Assembly (NCBI GenBank): GCA_002633005.1
Contig: NMRA01000231.1
Coordinates: 438,082 to 502,081, forward strand
Direction of reading: 5' to 3'
DNA from: Phoronis australis
Lineage: Eukaryota; Animalia; Phoronida
DNA: 64,000 nucleotides
Part shown: positions 1 through 14,200 of the stretch, one piece after another
Numbering within the stretch: position 1 is the first letter of the stretch
Layout of the letters: each line of letters starts with the position of its first letter
Translations under genes and position numbers: made by a program
Notes under the pieces: generated by a model
Seen by the model: the letters and a program-made list of their open reading frames with translations, nothing else
Told to the model about the DNA's origin: nothing
The model's database searches: none

Positions 1-959
1 ATAAAACTTAAACAAGGTTCATACTACGATTGTGTATCAGTAGGACTAACCAACAACTATCCAACATCCACAGGCGATTTAGTCGTTAGAAGAACAATTA
101 ACTGTGGCTCTAAAATCCTGGTCCATTGGTGCATTTTTTATTAAATACCATTTTAAAATTGATCTCGGGTTTTTCCTTGTTCTGGTGGGAAATCATTTTT
201 GTTCTATCAAAGAACTGGCAGTTCATGATGCAAAAAGGTACCCACTCATCCAAGGCTTTACCGCAAACAGGTCGTGCTGAGTTTATTATCCCGCTTCGCT
301 AACAGGTAGTGTTGGTTGAAACATTCATGTGATTTGTTTACATTGGGGGTGGGCTAATCAAACAAGCAGAAAGCCTTCGACGTTGATAGACCTTGCTGCA
401 ATTTTTTGTGAATTTTTTGTATAATTTAACTGAACCCAACAGTCCTTTTCAGGACTACGTATTATTCATTCGTTCCTTTAAGTGTTTTAGTGTGATGTAG
501 ATTGTAGTGTTCATTAATAGTTTATAAGACTCGTATTTTCCTAGTACGTTAAAACGGTATAGGCCTATTTCAGACTTCGTGTTCATTATAGTTTGTAAGT
601 TTTTTGTACACAAGGATACTTGACAAGTTCACTCAAGTAGGCATAATCTCGTTCAATTTGATAAAAAATTGCACTGCACTAAATCAAATTACGTGTTAAT
701 AAAATGATACAAATTTTAACCAATCTGTTTTCAACTATTTACGATCTTATTCACCAAATAACGATTGATTTAATAAATCATGTACATCTTCCACCTATTC
801 TTGAACATAAGTTACGGAAGATGTTAAAATGAGTGATTATGAGGTCAATAATTACGAAATTCTTTACACTGAACAAAAATTCGATTCCAAGTTCACGCAT
901 GCACGCCGCACAGCACTGACAACTCCTAGCCATAAAGCAACACACCACGTGATTTGTGC

Positions 960-3709
960 AAAGCGCCACCTGCTTGCAGTAAAGCCTTGGAAGAGTGGGT
1001 ACCTCTTGCGTTCATGATGATTTAGACAATGTCAGGCGAATGAAATGGCTTGCTGTGACAAATCAACCTGCGGTATAGGGACTGTCTCACTTGTTGTAAC
1101 AAATTGCTAATATGACAACAATCAGGCTTATTACAGACCACATGTGAACACAGTCAAACCTAGAGCGAATTGATTTTGATTCAACAAGAATAGATTGTCG
1201 TAACTTCAGTTGTAGTTTGGCGATTTTGGCGATTCGAAAACTAAATACGATCACCATTGGACGTGGATTTCAGAAATGCTATTGGTTTATGTTGAAATAT
1301 GTTATAACTTGACTTCAGGTCCCTTTTGGACTTGGAAGTCGTAAATAGGCAAAGTAATGGCTAACATAAATGTACACTTATGCTGATGGTTCTTAATCAT
1401 GGGTGATGATGGTTGTAAATGTTGGGTGTCATGTGCACACACAATAGGCCGTTTGAACTTGGCATGCATGTGCAGCGAAAGTAGTTATTTGTGAAGTCTG
1501 TTCTTGGTCATGCAACTATCCCAGTTGGCCCCTATGTTCAGTTATAATAAACTTTATTAGCAAGTTGAAAATTTTCAAATGCAAATTCGTTAGTTTACAA
1601 AGGTTCTGGATTTTTACAGGGCATACTCCGGCAAAGCACTTATAAGTAAGATTAAAACCACCACAACACCACGCTGGTATAGTTGAAGAAGGGTTAACAT
1701 ATGAATAACTCAAACTAAACGCAGCTGTTCAATGTGCAGTTAAATGCTTTAATAAGGAATAGCACTGACACCTGTTGCCAAAATGTAAAAACACGCATCA
1801 TTTGCTTAAAAGTATTGATATTTGGTAACCTGCTGACATAAATTTAGACAGAAAAGTTTTTGTACAATCACATTTTAGTAAAAAAGTTCACTACAGGATG
1901 GAAGATTTTGTAAACTCTGATGCAAACGCCTTGGTCTACTCATTTTTGTAAAAAAATCACCGTGCGTTGGGGTTGGTGATGAACGGTTTTGGGAACAGTG
2001 TGTCGTTGGAATGATGGACACATTGGAATATTGGAAACACTATTTTCGAAATGATCGGATGATGCCCTGATCACAAATTGAATGTGCTTCAAACAAGGCA
2101 AGTTTAAATACTTTAAACGGAACATAGAAACCTATGTGTGGTTAGAGTTGTGAGTTGAATAAAATTCGAATTGTCACCCAATGAGATATATAGACTAAAG
2201 AAATTTAACAGCACAATACATGTACCTCAAGGTTTCTTCAGGCGATTTGCTTCTATGGCCGGGCGGGGAGAAGAATTTTGTATAGGGGTTCGTCTAAACC
2301 ACTTATGCTAAAAGTACAGATGACGAAGATGTATTTAAGCACTAGAATATGACTCATTTTACAAGGGGGAATCATGAGATTTAATTGTCATACCTTTACA
2401 ATTAAAACAACTTTTTCCAGTAGGTAAAATTTATAGCTGAGCCAAGAACACTCCAGCCTTACAGCAACATAAAGGACTTATAATGTAACATTAATGTTGA
2501 CGAACAATCAAATTTACATTCGGGCCCATAACCTTATCTATGGGAAATATACACATCTTGAAAATTGAGCAAATCCACGACATGGGTAAACTTGCATAAT
2601 TTTACTCCAGTCATGCGACTTGATTGGCTAATAATCTGAGGTTGTGGGTTCATGTAATGTGCTTGTAATGGAAACATATTCTCAAATATAGCCATGTTAA
2701 CGAAGACAAACCACCCAATGTAGCCTCAACACCAGTACCAACAGGGTATCAGCTTTTCATTATAGCTATCAGCATGGCCAGGTGAGGGAGAGTGAAAAGC
2801 ATCGATTTCCTTAACACGTTCTGCAAACGTGTCCCCACCAGGACAATACTTTACATCAACTGCTACACTGCTTATCTGGTTAAACTCGATCTAACACCCC
2901 CAAGTGTAAATTATTTAAACTGGGTCTGCGTGAATAAATAAGCTGTAGTAACCCTGGGACAAGAAATCGCAGGACAGCTTATTGAATCTTCTCTCTTCAA
3001 AATGATTGGGGTCTGGGGAATGCATGCCTACTGAGATCAGTTAACCAGTGAATACTCAAAGCGTTTATACGAGTCACTGAACATTTTACAAACAGCACAC
3101 TTACATGTACATGTCTAGTCAAAGCCTTGTAAAATCTTCATGAGTTCAAACACTTACTCTTGACCCCCTTGTTCTCCGTCTTTCGAACGAGTCGCTTTGG
3201 TACACGTTTTGACGGTGATGCCTATTTTGCACTGACTAACTCGTCTTTTTTAGAGTCTCGCAAAGCAGGACGACCGCGTTTCGTCTCCGACCGAAACACT
3301 ACCAGTTTCCGCCATTTGTATTTCTGTAGATGTTTTTAGCTGCGCTGGGTTGTACTATATTTTGTATTTCAATGACCAGGGGCGGATCTAGGATTTTGAG
3401 TTAGGGGGGCCAGGTTAGAGTATTAGCCAGGATTTTGCACGTCAGGCATTCGCACCCCCGAACTGCCAAATGGAATCTGGGAGAATTTTTTTTTGGGGGG
3501 GGGCATGGCCCCCTTCTAAATCTGCCACTGATGACCATGCTTTTTGTTAGTTTTAAAAGTTCCATTCACACATACAATTAAAAGGAATATTTGTCAATTT
3601 TTGCACGTGTTAAAAATAAAAACTGCTTGAGCATCATGTCATACCAAAACAAAAAACGGCTGAAATGGCGTCAAGAGGTTTTGTTTGACTGAAGTCGGAC
3701 CATATGCCT
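960..3709 (-). mobile_element. Degenerate Kolobok-like DNA transposon, copy 1 (transposase remnant on minus; Cys-rich KolX/P2X7-tail-like remnant on plus at ~975-1300)
   Basis: Ends in ...gcct|TTAA (3710-3713), i.e. TTAA-AGG on minus. Clearly homologous over 1430-3330 to 30270-32030. Minus-strand start ATGGCGGA at ~3315 leads into a 'VY.SD.FER(W)' N-terminal motif; scattered transposase-like fragments (VHHSNDT, KAFNCTLNS); plus strand QCQANEMACCDK. Left end not defined. Confidence 0.55.
3377..3530. mobile_element. hAT-like MITE (CAGGGGCGGATC family)
   Basis: Termini CAGGGGCGGATCTA...AAATCTGCCACTG; perfect 5-bp TSD ATGAC. Inserted in the Kolobok-like copy. Confidence 0.8.
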
Positions 3710-4995
3710 TTAAGTTTTTGTGACGTAAGTTTTCACTTAAAACTGAAGTTTATTTGTGAACACTTAAGCTTTTTTGAAAAACAAGTTCTTGGTAAAACTT
3801 AAAAGGCGGCGCTGAAAAATATTTTGACAAAATTTTAATCGTAACTGTACCGTAAAATCGTTGAGTAAAAATTGTTTCATTACGCCGTGATAATTTTTGT
3901 CCAACGTTGAGACAGAAAAAAGTTCCTCAAACTGGAATGAAGAAATGCTTCTTTCTTTTTTCAGCAAATAAAATTAGTCTAGTTTAAAGTGGTTCACAAC
4001 ATAATGACCTCTCACCATCTGGAGCTTCCTGCCTTACAGTTTTACAGGATAAATTTTTAAGAGCCCAGCGTGCCACGTGTCAATCCTCGTGCACATGAGC
4101 AGTACAAGTTAATAAAGACGCTTGGTGCTCAGAATCGTTGCAGAACAAAGTGCACTTACGAGGAGTTTCCTATACTTGGTTTACATTCCATCTCAGCCTC
4201 GGTGTCCGTAATACGTGATACAACGTCTAAGGGATAGCCTTCTTGAAGTCGATTTGTGTGAATAATAGCACCTTTTCTCACTAAAATCAAAACAAATGCT
4301 TATTCAGTACGGCAGCACTCAACAAATGCATTCTAGTACAAGTGACAGACTAAGTACTACTAATAAGGCAAGAAACCATAGTCGACCTTGAATCCTGCAA
4401 GACGAGGAAGACGCTGACTACAACGACGCAAAAGTCCGTATCGGTATCACGGTGCAAAAAAAGAGGTATCCACGATAAAAACTGTTATAGTGTAACATTT
4501 TTGAGTAAAAAAGCAAAGTCAGGAAAACTCTTTCTCTAGGCCTACATGTATTCAGTCCATGCCAATGCCTTCATCAAGCTCATGCTGATGTTTGCGTTGC
4601 TAAAACTATGACTTTCCATGTATACCACTCCGTTTTCCGAAAAAAAGTCCAGTCGTTTATTTGGTGTTACAAAAGCGCCTGAATTTTTCACTTTCCAAGT
4701 ACATGCCTATGAACTTATTTACAGAAAATCCCGGTATTATACTTCACAGTATCGAATGAAAATCCCTAGTTTACACGGATTAGTCATGTTACCCCTCAGT
4801 GGCTTACCAGAAATAGAGGAAGAAGTCAATGGGTGTGTTATTGTGTTTGGTGTCGTTTGAGGTGGAAATGAATGCACAGCTGAAATTTTCGGTGGCCATG
4901 TAGAACTTTTTTATTCCATTAGTTCTATGAGCAGTTGCTACTTAAAATCGAATAGCCCTAAAGTCCCTTTGAAGCCTCATCCCCGACAACCTACG

Positions 4996-5312
4996 CATCT
5001 GCGGATTTAGGAGGGGGGGGGGGCAGCGGGCCCGCCTCTCCCCTTTGGCTGCCGTCAGCAAAAATGGAACAGCAACAGCGTGCAGCTCGAGGACATGTTG
5101 AGTAAGCAACTAGGACGCGGAGAAGGTGGTGCCCCTCGCGGCGTTCCTGTTTTTTGTTTTTAGTCAACCGGTCAGCCGGTAGATTTTCTGAACAGATGGT
5201 TCACATACCAGACTCCCGCAACTTCGGACCTGTGCTGCACATGCAATCGCACTTTGCCCGATTCCCCGAGACAACATGTTGGGCCCCCTATGGTATCCTA
5301 GATCCGCTACTG
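4996..5312. mobile_element. hAT-like MITE, same family
   Basis: CATCTGCGGATTTAGG...CCTAGATCCGCTACTG; perfect 5-bp TSD CTACG. Both ends resemble the 26572-27555 copy. Confidence 0.75.
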
Positions 5313-5639
5313 CTACGACCCCTTCGACACAAAACCACGGCACGCTCGACTCACGGCCCGTAACCCCATCGACCCAGTCTACACAAGTTCGACTCTATTT
5401 GAACATAGAACAGTGTTTAATTACAGGACCAACGAGTTCGGCTATTCGCTGGGTTTCATGTTTTTTGCTATTAAGAGAGTCGATTCGGTAAGTTTAGAAG
5501 CCAAAAGCAGAAAAGAAAGCAACTCGTCCAAATCAAACAAAAGCCTACCCGCGATACCAATGTCGTTTTGGCCAGAGTCTAGTCGTATCGTCTACGTTTT
5601 CAGTGATTGCCAGACTTGTATGACTTTATTAGTGTTTAG

Positions 5640-5774
5640 GCCTACATTGTTCGGACTGCGCTCCTAACTAAATGTTGACTATTCACCGCTTGGGGCGCTA
5701 GTGTTTCGACCGGTAATCATTGCGGCAAATGGTATAATGGCGGAGTGAACTCACCTGTACTAGTACAGTCCTTG
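5640..5774 (+). mobile_element. Orphan right end of a P-like element
   Basis: About 135-bp direct repeat of 8320-8454, ending in CAGTCCTTG and followed by GTAACAC. Confidence 0.75.
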
Positions 5775-5781
5775 GTAACAC

Positions 5782-8454
5782 CAAGGAGTGTAGTAGTATA
5801 GGAGAGTTCACTTGTGAGTTCGCTGTTACCGCTACTACTAGCGCCGCCAAGTGGTGAACAAGCAACTGTCAACCAGGAAGCGCCAAAACAATGGGGAAGG
5901 ACGCATTTTGCATAGCGATAAATTTCATGAATTCATCCACGAAAACCCCAGACGTGCCATTTTTTAGGTTTGCTAGGGATCCAGAAAGGTAACGATTATC
6001 TGTTATTCAATAAAATGATACATTGGCTTTCATTTTGTGTGTTGTGTTCACTGTTGTTAGACAAGTCGATCACAGTCCCGTTGCCAGTGTTCTGTTGTCT
6101 GCAGTGTAGGCTAGGCCTACTGTACAACCGGGCTGCCGGCGGAAGGACTATGATGAACGTACGATGTGATCGTGAGCTTTTTGCATACTTGCAGTCCATC
6201 AATTCCAAATCAAAATGTCACCCGTACGATCGCAGGGACAATTTTAGGAAAACATACCCATGCCCATGATGGCCAGGAGTAATATGACTGGTGACACAGC
6301 CATGGCACAATTACAGCCACATGGCCACTAAGTCGGTCATGAGTCAAGTTAGCGAATCTGTGGGTCTCGGTGAAAAGGCGAAAAATCCGAACATAATTTT
6401 AATGTGCCAGTTGGACCAATTAAGTTAAGCAGTGCGTAATTTTATGTGTCAATGATGCGGGGGCGCGGCCCTGTTATAATATCCGTGGAACAACATTTGA
6501 GTTCGAGTTTTTTTCAGTTGACACCAAAACGCTTTTGTCTCTATCACAATCACAGTACGACAGGAATTCTGTAGTGTAGTGTACTTTAGTGTAGGCTACC
6601 AGTCTTCTGTGAACCTAGTGAGTTTGAGGTTTGTTCCTGAGTCAGTCTTGGATTTCTGTTCAGGTGCAAGTGCTGGGAGCTGACCTTATGAATAGAGTTG
6701 CAACCTATTTGTCCAAGAACCGCAAATTATGCTCTCATCACTTCGAGGAGTCCATGTTCATGAATGAAGAACAAGCTGGTATTGACTGCAGTGCCCGAAC
6801 AATATTTGATGTCCCGAATCCACCAAAAATGAAGATGTCAGGGTCAAAAAGTTCTCCGGAAATTATATTACAGCTCTGGAATAGGCTTTTTGTATTTCTG
6901 ATTATCGTCTCACAAAGCAAGTACTGGAACATCACGTGTAGAAAGGACAATTAGTCCGCAAAATCTGGTTTTGGTATTTTACTAAGGTTGATCAGATTGA
7001 TCCATTTTATGAATGGTCAGCCTGAGACTTGGAGAGAGCCAAAGTGAAGCTGATGGATCAATCAGAGTCTGACTGGTGGGCTGAAAGCTATCCGTATCAT
7101 TTTGCTTCTCGATGACAAAAACCTCTGTGAGTAAATTAGTTTTCAGGTTTATTTATAACGCATTTCTTTGGCGAAAAGTGCAGTTGTTTGCTAGTAAATT
7201 AATAGAGAGTGACAAGGTTGGTCAGATTTTCTTGTTGTATTGGTTGGTGTATGTGTACGTTTTTGGAGATTGTGATTGATTTAAGCCCCAGTTGTGGCTA
7301 GGTATCAGATATGATCTTCTGGTCTGGCTTTAACTTACCTGAAATATTTACTAATAGGAACAGTGGGTATATAAAATAAAATATTGGTTTTATCATCCAA
7401 GTCTCTTTAATTCAATTTTGTATGAAGTTATGTGGGTAGTGAATATTTTGATTGCTGTTTAGTACCTCTTAATTTTTTGTCATGATATTTTGAACTTTGA
7501 CTAGTTATGAGTGATGATATACTCAATGTTACTTCATTTTGTACATGTAACTTGTGAGCTATTCTACAGATTAGCAAGTGACTTGTAACTGTTGGTGAGT
7601 GGGAGAGTGGGATTGAGTCCTATACTGGCATGTCTAAGAAATAATGGAATGTTCTAAAATTGTATTACGATTTTGTAGTGATGAATTGCCTTGCTTTCTT
7701 CTTCTCACTTGTGTAACACTCACTGCACAAAACAATTGTCTGCATTGCCAGTAGCCTCATGCATTGAATAGGGAACACATGCAAAATTGTTGGGTGGAGA
7801 TGAAACCAGCAGTGAGCTGGGAACAACATGTTTGTCAATGGTCAGGGGAGCATCCAAAATGTGTGACGATGGGAGGGGCTCAACACCCATGTGGCATACA
7901 TACCCATTGGTTTTTACCTGTTTAGCACTCCTCCCATGTAACCCCCCTGGGAGGGGGTCAACACCCACTTGGCGCCCACCTGCCGGTTTTTGTCTGGTAC
8001 CCCCTTAGCTGGCACCTGGAGGGAATTCCCTTCTGAACCCTCAGGGGCAATCATTCAAATTAGGTAGTCCATGGAGGTATGAACTGTTATAAGGAACGAT
8101 GATTGCCGTGTCAGAACTCAAACATGAAACAAAACCATGATGAATTTTGAAGGGAGCTTCGAGAGAATAAAAACAAATACACTTTAATATTGATTAAAAT
8201 ACACATTTTCTTTCTCATTCTATTGTAAGTGGATGTTAGTTTATGTATTCTAACCATTTTCAATCACAAAGTAATTTTATTGCACGTTGAATGTCATTAA
8301 AGTATGAATTTATGAGCGTTTACATTATTCGGACTGCGCGCCAAACTACTAGTGTTGATTATTCACCGCTTGGAGCGCTAGTGTTTCGACCAGTAACCGT
8401 TGCGGCGAATGGTAAAATGGCGGAGTGAACTCTCCTATACTCGTACACTCCTTG
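5782..8454 (+). mobile_element. Non-autonomous P-element-like DNA transposon with THAP remnant
   Basis: TIRs CAAGGAGTGTAGTAGTATAGGAGAGTTCAC / GTGAACTCTCCTATACTCGTACACTCCTTG; 7-bp TSD GTAACAC (5775-5781 and 8455-8461); internal THAP remnant. Confidence 0.8.
6661..6830 (+). pseudogene. THAP zinc-finger domain remnant (C-terminal half) inside the P-like element
   Basis: Translation ...KNRKLCSHHFEESMF...ARTIFDVPNPPK matches the THAP CSxHF and AVPTIF-like boxes. Confidence 0.75.
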
Positions 8455-8785
8455 GTAACACTCTCCAATAATGCAATACGGCGTCATATTGACAACACGA
8501 GCTCCATTTATCTGAGTGGCGCGCGCCCGGTATATGTATTAAGATGTCTATGGTCACGTTTAGGGCCTCATTCAAAATGGCCAGCGATATCAGCGAGACG
8601 TGTTTCAAAACTCTGCTTATGGAGACAAACAAGGTTTAAGATTGGCAAAACACGTATATTTGTGAAGGTTGAAATATGTCCATGACATCGCATGAGCAGT
8701 TGCTAACGGACATTGGGTAGTATGACAATCAGCAGCTTTTTATGCTTGTGTATTCACGACTTTAGGGCAACGGTGTCTATACACA

Positions 8786-9611
8786 TAGTGTACCTAATTA
8801 TCGGACGAAACCTAAATATCGGACATTTCATAAAATCTTGCTTGAAGAATAATTTGAGAATTAAATGACACCAATTTTTGTTCCGTCGTAATGCATTCAA
8901 TGTCCGGGACCGTCTCGTTTTTTACAGCGTTGCCTCGTTTTGATTTCACCGAGAGAGGGTGCAATTTAGACCCCCAAGTAGGCCTAAAATGGACGATCGC
9001 ATAAATCGGTTATAAAAGTTGAAAATAAAATCTTTTTCCACAACGAAACCATCTCGTTGAACTGACAATTTGTCACTGTTCCATTTTTCATTTGTTTTTA
9101 AACTCAAGTCAAACCCCGACCGCGCACGTGCGGGTGTCTTATCAAGAAGCCAAAGAGATACTAAAAACTGCAGTGAGTTTGCACGTGCTTTAGTCGTCTG
9201 CACTAATTCATCAAAACGACTTGGCGCCGTCATCAGACTTCATGCTGAGGATAAATTTTGTTGCGAATGGAGCTGTGTTTTAGCAGCATATGTCAAAACA
9301 CTCAAGCTGAAATTTGGCTACAAGGTGCCCGCGGCCATTACTTGGTTAGTCAGTTTTCCGCAGGGTGGCGTATAGGGAAACAAACGGTGTCCGATATTTA
9401 CGTACATGTAGGTTCTCCGAAGGTTTGCTAGTTGTGTTTTTAAAGATCAGTCGGAACATAAACGTGGCTTTAGGTGACAAGATATAGTAACACAACAATT
9501 CCGTGAAGGTAAGCCATTATTTCAGCAAAGAATTTACAACAGTCCGTAGTATTTTCAATTAAATATAATGCAAAATGTGCCAAAACGTCCGATAATTAGG
9601 TCAATTGACTA
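8786..9611. mobile_element. MITE, probably Tc1/pogo-type
   Basis: Inverted ends ACCTAATTATCGGACG (~8792) / CGTCCGATAATTAGGT (~9586), TA-rich flanks, no credible ORF. Confidence 0.6.
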
Positions 9612-10681
9612 TATAGTATCACAAGTCTCAGACATCAAAGCAAGAACGAAGCAAACTTTACTCAACCTGATAACGATGCAGTTTAATATAGTTTAGCTTA
9701 CCTGCACTTTCCGCACACCTTAGCATTAGTAACATCGATATTACTTTTAGAACCATGTCGAAAAGCCTTATTCAAAATGTGGTAGTCTGCCGATAGGTCA
9801 ACTACCTTCTTCACGTCTGGAGCATGATGCACGTGGAAAACAATTGCATTTGCACGTGCTACCATAAACTATAGTACATGGACCACCAACTCTGTATATT
9901 TTCAATGTACGAAATCTGTGATCCTCCACACAAGCCGTTACGTCATTTTTCACTGGCGACACCTGGCCAAATTATATATTATGCTTAATATTTCCATCAA
10001 ATGCGTCGTCTACTAATCATGGTCGGCTGCTGTGTTGCCGGGTGAGCGGCCACAGGCGAAATGCAGAGGACTTAGTTGCCATAGCGTCCGGATACCCCAT
10101 AATCGGCTTTGGGAAAAAAGCTTATTTCTTGTGTAAACGTTAATGGCAGTTGTTTCAACAATAAGACTTTATATATGTGTTCAAGAAACTTTGATGACAC
10201 CATCGATGGATGTTATCCATTGTTCTTTACTCCTTTTTGATGAACGTTATATGGGGTTTTTGACGAATAATGTCCACCAATTTTTTCAAAAGGTAATGAC
10301 TCATGAAATCCTGTCCTTACGAGGAACTTCAGCCATAGTCTATTGAGCGAATTAACCACATTATCCAAATTGGCTGGCCCTTATCAGGCGGTTACTGTGT
10401 CAGCAGAATGCGCACATTTCGTCGCGATTTAGGTCGCCGATTTTGCCGATTTATAAACAGGTGTACAAATAAATTGAACGCTGGTGAAACATTGAACATC
10501 AATATAAAACTCATTAATACTTCAAAAATAACCAACTGGACTACTCAATATCTATCTCGCGATTCGACAGCAGGTTACATACAGTGTACTTACATGTATC
10601 TAATGTCGAAGGTATGACGCAAAAAATCTCTGTACCATCTTAGCCAAGTTCATTGGCGATTTGGCGTCTATGAAACAACCG

Positions 10682-10920
10682 CAGAGGCGGATCTACAGGG
10701 GGGGGGGGTTCAGGGGGTTTAAACCCCCCCTCGAGACAGGATCAAAAATAAAAACTGGAAAAAAATCGCCAGAAAAACGAAATTAGCTACTAAAAATCCC
10801 AAAAAATCTTACACGGGAGGAGGGAAACCCTCTCGCGACCTTCCTTCTCCTCGGCGCTACGCGCCTCGGATTCTTTCGAATCCTAAACCCCCCCTTACTG
10901 AAATTGTAGATCTACCACTG
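10682..10920. mobile_element. hAT-like MITE, same family
   Basis: CAGAGGCGGATCTACA...TGTAGATCTACCACTG, flanked by CAACC(G)/CAACC. A truncated relative starts at 19622. Confidence 0.7.
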
Positions 10921-11299
10921 CAACCACCTACTCACTCGAGTTTCAACATCTTTGCTAGCATGAAACAAGAATACCAAAGGGGTGTGAAGGTTGTTTTTAT
11001 ACTTCAGTTTACATGTAACGTTTTTGTAAACGCAGAAATGATTTTTAAAATTCCGCCTTAAGGCCTAATATTTCCAAACTTATGCCTTTCAAACGAATAT
11101 TTATGACAAAAAACCATCCGGTTTTGTAAAGTCAAATGCCGCCTCTAGATAATGAAGTAATCCTACTCCAAATGTAACAAATGGATACTCACCCACTCCA
11201 TTTTATCCAATATGACGTCTGCCTGTGCTTGTGGGACCGTTTTATGACTAAATGGCTTCTGAAGAAACACTGTCTTTTCTTGTATTAGTCGTGACCGGC

Positions 11300-14200
11300 G
11301 TGTACTTCATGTCTGGCCCAAACCTGAATCTTCGACTACCCAGTGGTCTGAAATGCTCGTGGAATGTTAGAAATCTTTATATTAAGTTACCGGAAGTTGC
11401 TGTTAATATAAACAATTGGTCCCTGGATGTTATCTGTCTCCAAGAGACTTGGCTATCTTGCGACATTGCAAACGAAGAAATTGGAATTTGTGGTTACAAT
11501 GTGGAACGCCTAGACAGACAAAACGGTACTCGTTGTGGTGGCGTATGCACGCATGTCAGAAGCAGCCTTGCCTACATTAGAAGACACGACTTAGAGTTAA
11601 ACAATTTCGACCTTCTGTGTGTTCAACTGAATTTTAAGGATGTCAGTCCTTTAATTGTTCTCAATTTCTACAGACCCCTGCTCAGACAAATTGGCTTGAA
11701 AGCTTTGAATCTGTGGTTAGCACGTGTGGCTATGAGGTGGTTATAGCTGGTGATCTTAATGTTTATTGGAACGGTGAAGTTTCAAAACCCGCCTCAAACA
11801 TGTGATTCAAGGTTTGAATCTCCATCAGGTGGTAAGGGAGCCTACCCGTGTGTCAGACTCTGCCTCACTAATTGATCATGTTTATGTTTCTACTCCGGAG
11901 TTTGTGAGATCAGTAAAAGTGGTAAAAAATGGGTAAAGTGATCACTACCCTGTATGCATAGTCAGGGAAAGGCATTTAGGCGCCAAATTTCATCATGAGT
12001 GTGTGACCTATAGATCGTTTAAAAACTTTGATGACCAGACCTTCAAATCGGATCTTGCTCTTGCTCCCTGGTCAGTCATCAAAGCCTATTATGACATTGA
12101 TGATGCTCTTGATGCATGGTACAAGTTATTTAAAGTCCTTCTCTAAAACACCCCATGTGGTTCCAGTATCCGAAAATACTTACTACATAAAATCTTATTT
12201 TCGACATCCTTTCTTTATATTCTTTTCGCCTTTCTCGCCAAAAGCGATTTTTGAACAGTATTTGACCCTTCTCTCTGAGCGTATGGTTACCGGTTGCCAT
12301 CGGTTATTTCCGTACCCACATTTCCGGTTCATCAGTTCAGGAACTTGTCCTGAAAGCCGGCATTTTTTCCTTGTAACTGAATGTGCTTGCTCGAAAAGTC
12401 TTCATTATTGTGTTTTGTTAGTACTGTTTCGTGCTTCGTTTGCATATGTAGTGTATTTATAATTTGTAGTTAGTGGTCGTTGATGTTTTTTGGAATGTTA
12501 CTCGTACTTAATTTGTTAAAATAGCATTGGTTTTTAGTTCCTTACGTAGGTTGGTCGAACCTAAGAACCAATATGGGTCGAACCTATTTTTTTCGGTTTT
12601 ATTTTTTTTCTCGTTTTGAAAAAGTACTTTGCTATCATCGGAAAGGTAGTGCATTCTACTCAGTAAAAATCGAAAAAGTATCAAAATCGGGGCAAGCAGT
12701 GTAATGTTATTGCAAGTTTTGTGGCGAAATTTGGGTCACTTTGTTTGGATCGCGTCGGCCATATTGGAGGACAGTAGGATAAGTTACGAGTTTAAAACTC
12801 TGTGTAAATTGTTTTCGCCAACAAATTTCGGTGAAATTCAGGTAGACATGTCTTACTATTCTGCAAGATTGAACTGTTTTCACCATATTTCAGCCTCGCA
12901 GTTGTTACTCATTAAGTGATAAATGTGCTCACAATTCCCTTTGGACTTCGTCTCATTTCTGGCTGCACCGACAACATGGCGACTTTTGCTGAACTGAAAG
13001 GCATGTTCAATCGGCTATTTTGTAATTTGTGAAGATTTAACGTTGATACATTTTGACAAATGTTGCTACAAAAAAGAAACTTTGTTCAATTTTCTTGTTT
13101 TTTGTGCAAAAATATAAGATATATTTGAATTATTTTACTGTAAATTTCCCATTCAGGTGATCTGACACTAAGCTAAAAAAACAGTTGAAATAATTTTGAA
13201 ATGATTTTTTGTTTGACTGTCAACTGCTGTTCAAGACTTGATTCGGTTTCACAAAATGATTCATATTTTTCTAAATTTTAAGTCTCAATTGCTTTCAAGT
13301 CATCAGGTTATCAAGTCAATTTTAGAAATAAGCTATCTTTTGTTGGATTGTGAAGCTTCAAGCCTCTAATTCTTGTTCCTTGCAACTTCATATTTTTTTT
13401 AAATGATGCTTGTCAAATTCTGGTGTAAGGAAACACTATGTCCACTTTCGTATCATGGAAACTGTTGCTGTTGAATAGTGTTTTTTAAGCTAAATGTTGT
13501 AAAGTATGGTGCATTTTAAGTTACTTATTAAGTTAAAAGCTTGAATCATTTTGGGTTAATGAATAAAAATGATAACATTTTGTATTGGACTTGTCATTCT
13601 TATGAGCTCGAACGACCCCCTTTTGGAGAACTGGAAAAAGGTCTGCCTCAGTCATAGAAGCACGAATTCCGAAAAAGTAGAAAATGAGACAATATTCCAC
13701 TAGAAGACAGGAAGTACCAAAATTTAGCGTCTGCAATTCATAGCTCTGAACATACCCATTGAATCTTTTAGTAAAAGATAGACATTCCCAAAAATTTCAG
13801 CCCCCCAGTCTTTTAGGCTTGGTGCGCTCATACAAAGTCTGGAAAAATCTCTATTGAAAGCCAACAACTTTGCACAGTTCGCCAGAAGTACCCAAGTTTT
13901 AAATAAACCTCGTTTGAGCGAGCGCTGTTGCCAGCGACCAGTTAGGCCTAAGGGTAGCCTTGGCGCAAAGCTGTATACATGTAGGCCTACTAACAAGCTG
14001 TATTTTGACGATAGTCTTCACTGGTAGCTGGTGACTGAGGCTAACTAAGGTGTGCCGCGGCAGTGTGACACAGGACTAACCAGCCCGTAATTTCATACAA
14101 GTGTCTGAAACTACCCTTGAATATATGCAGCATTTATGATTTGACCATTTTACTTCGACAAAACAGCTTGCAACCGCATGCATTTACCGTTCGCCAGTGT

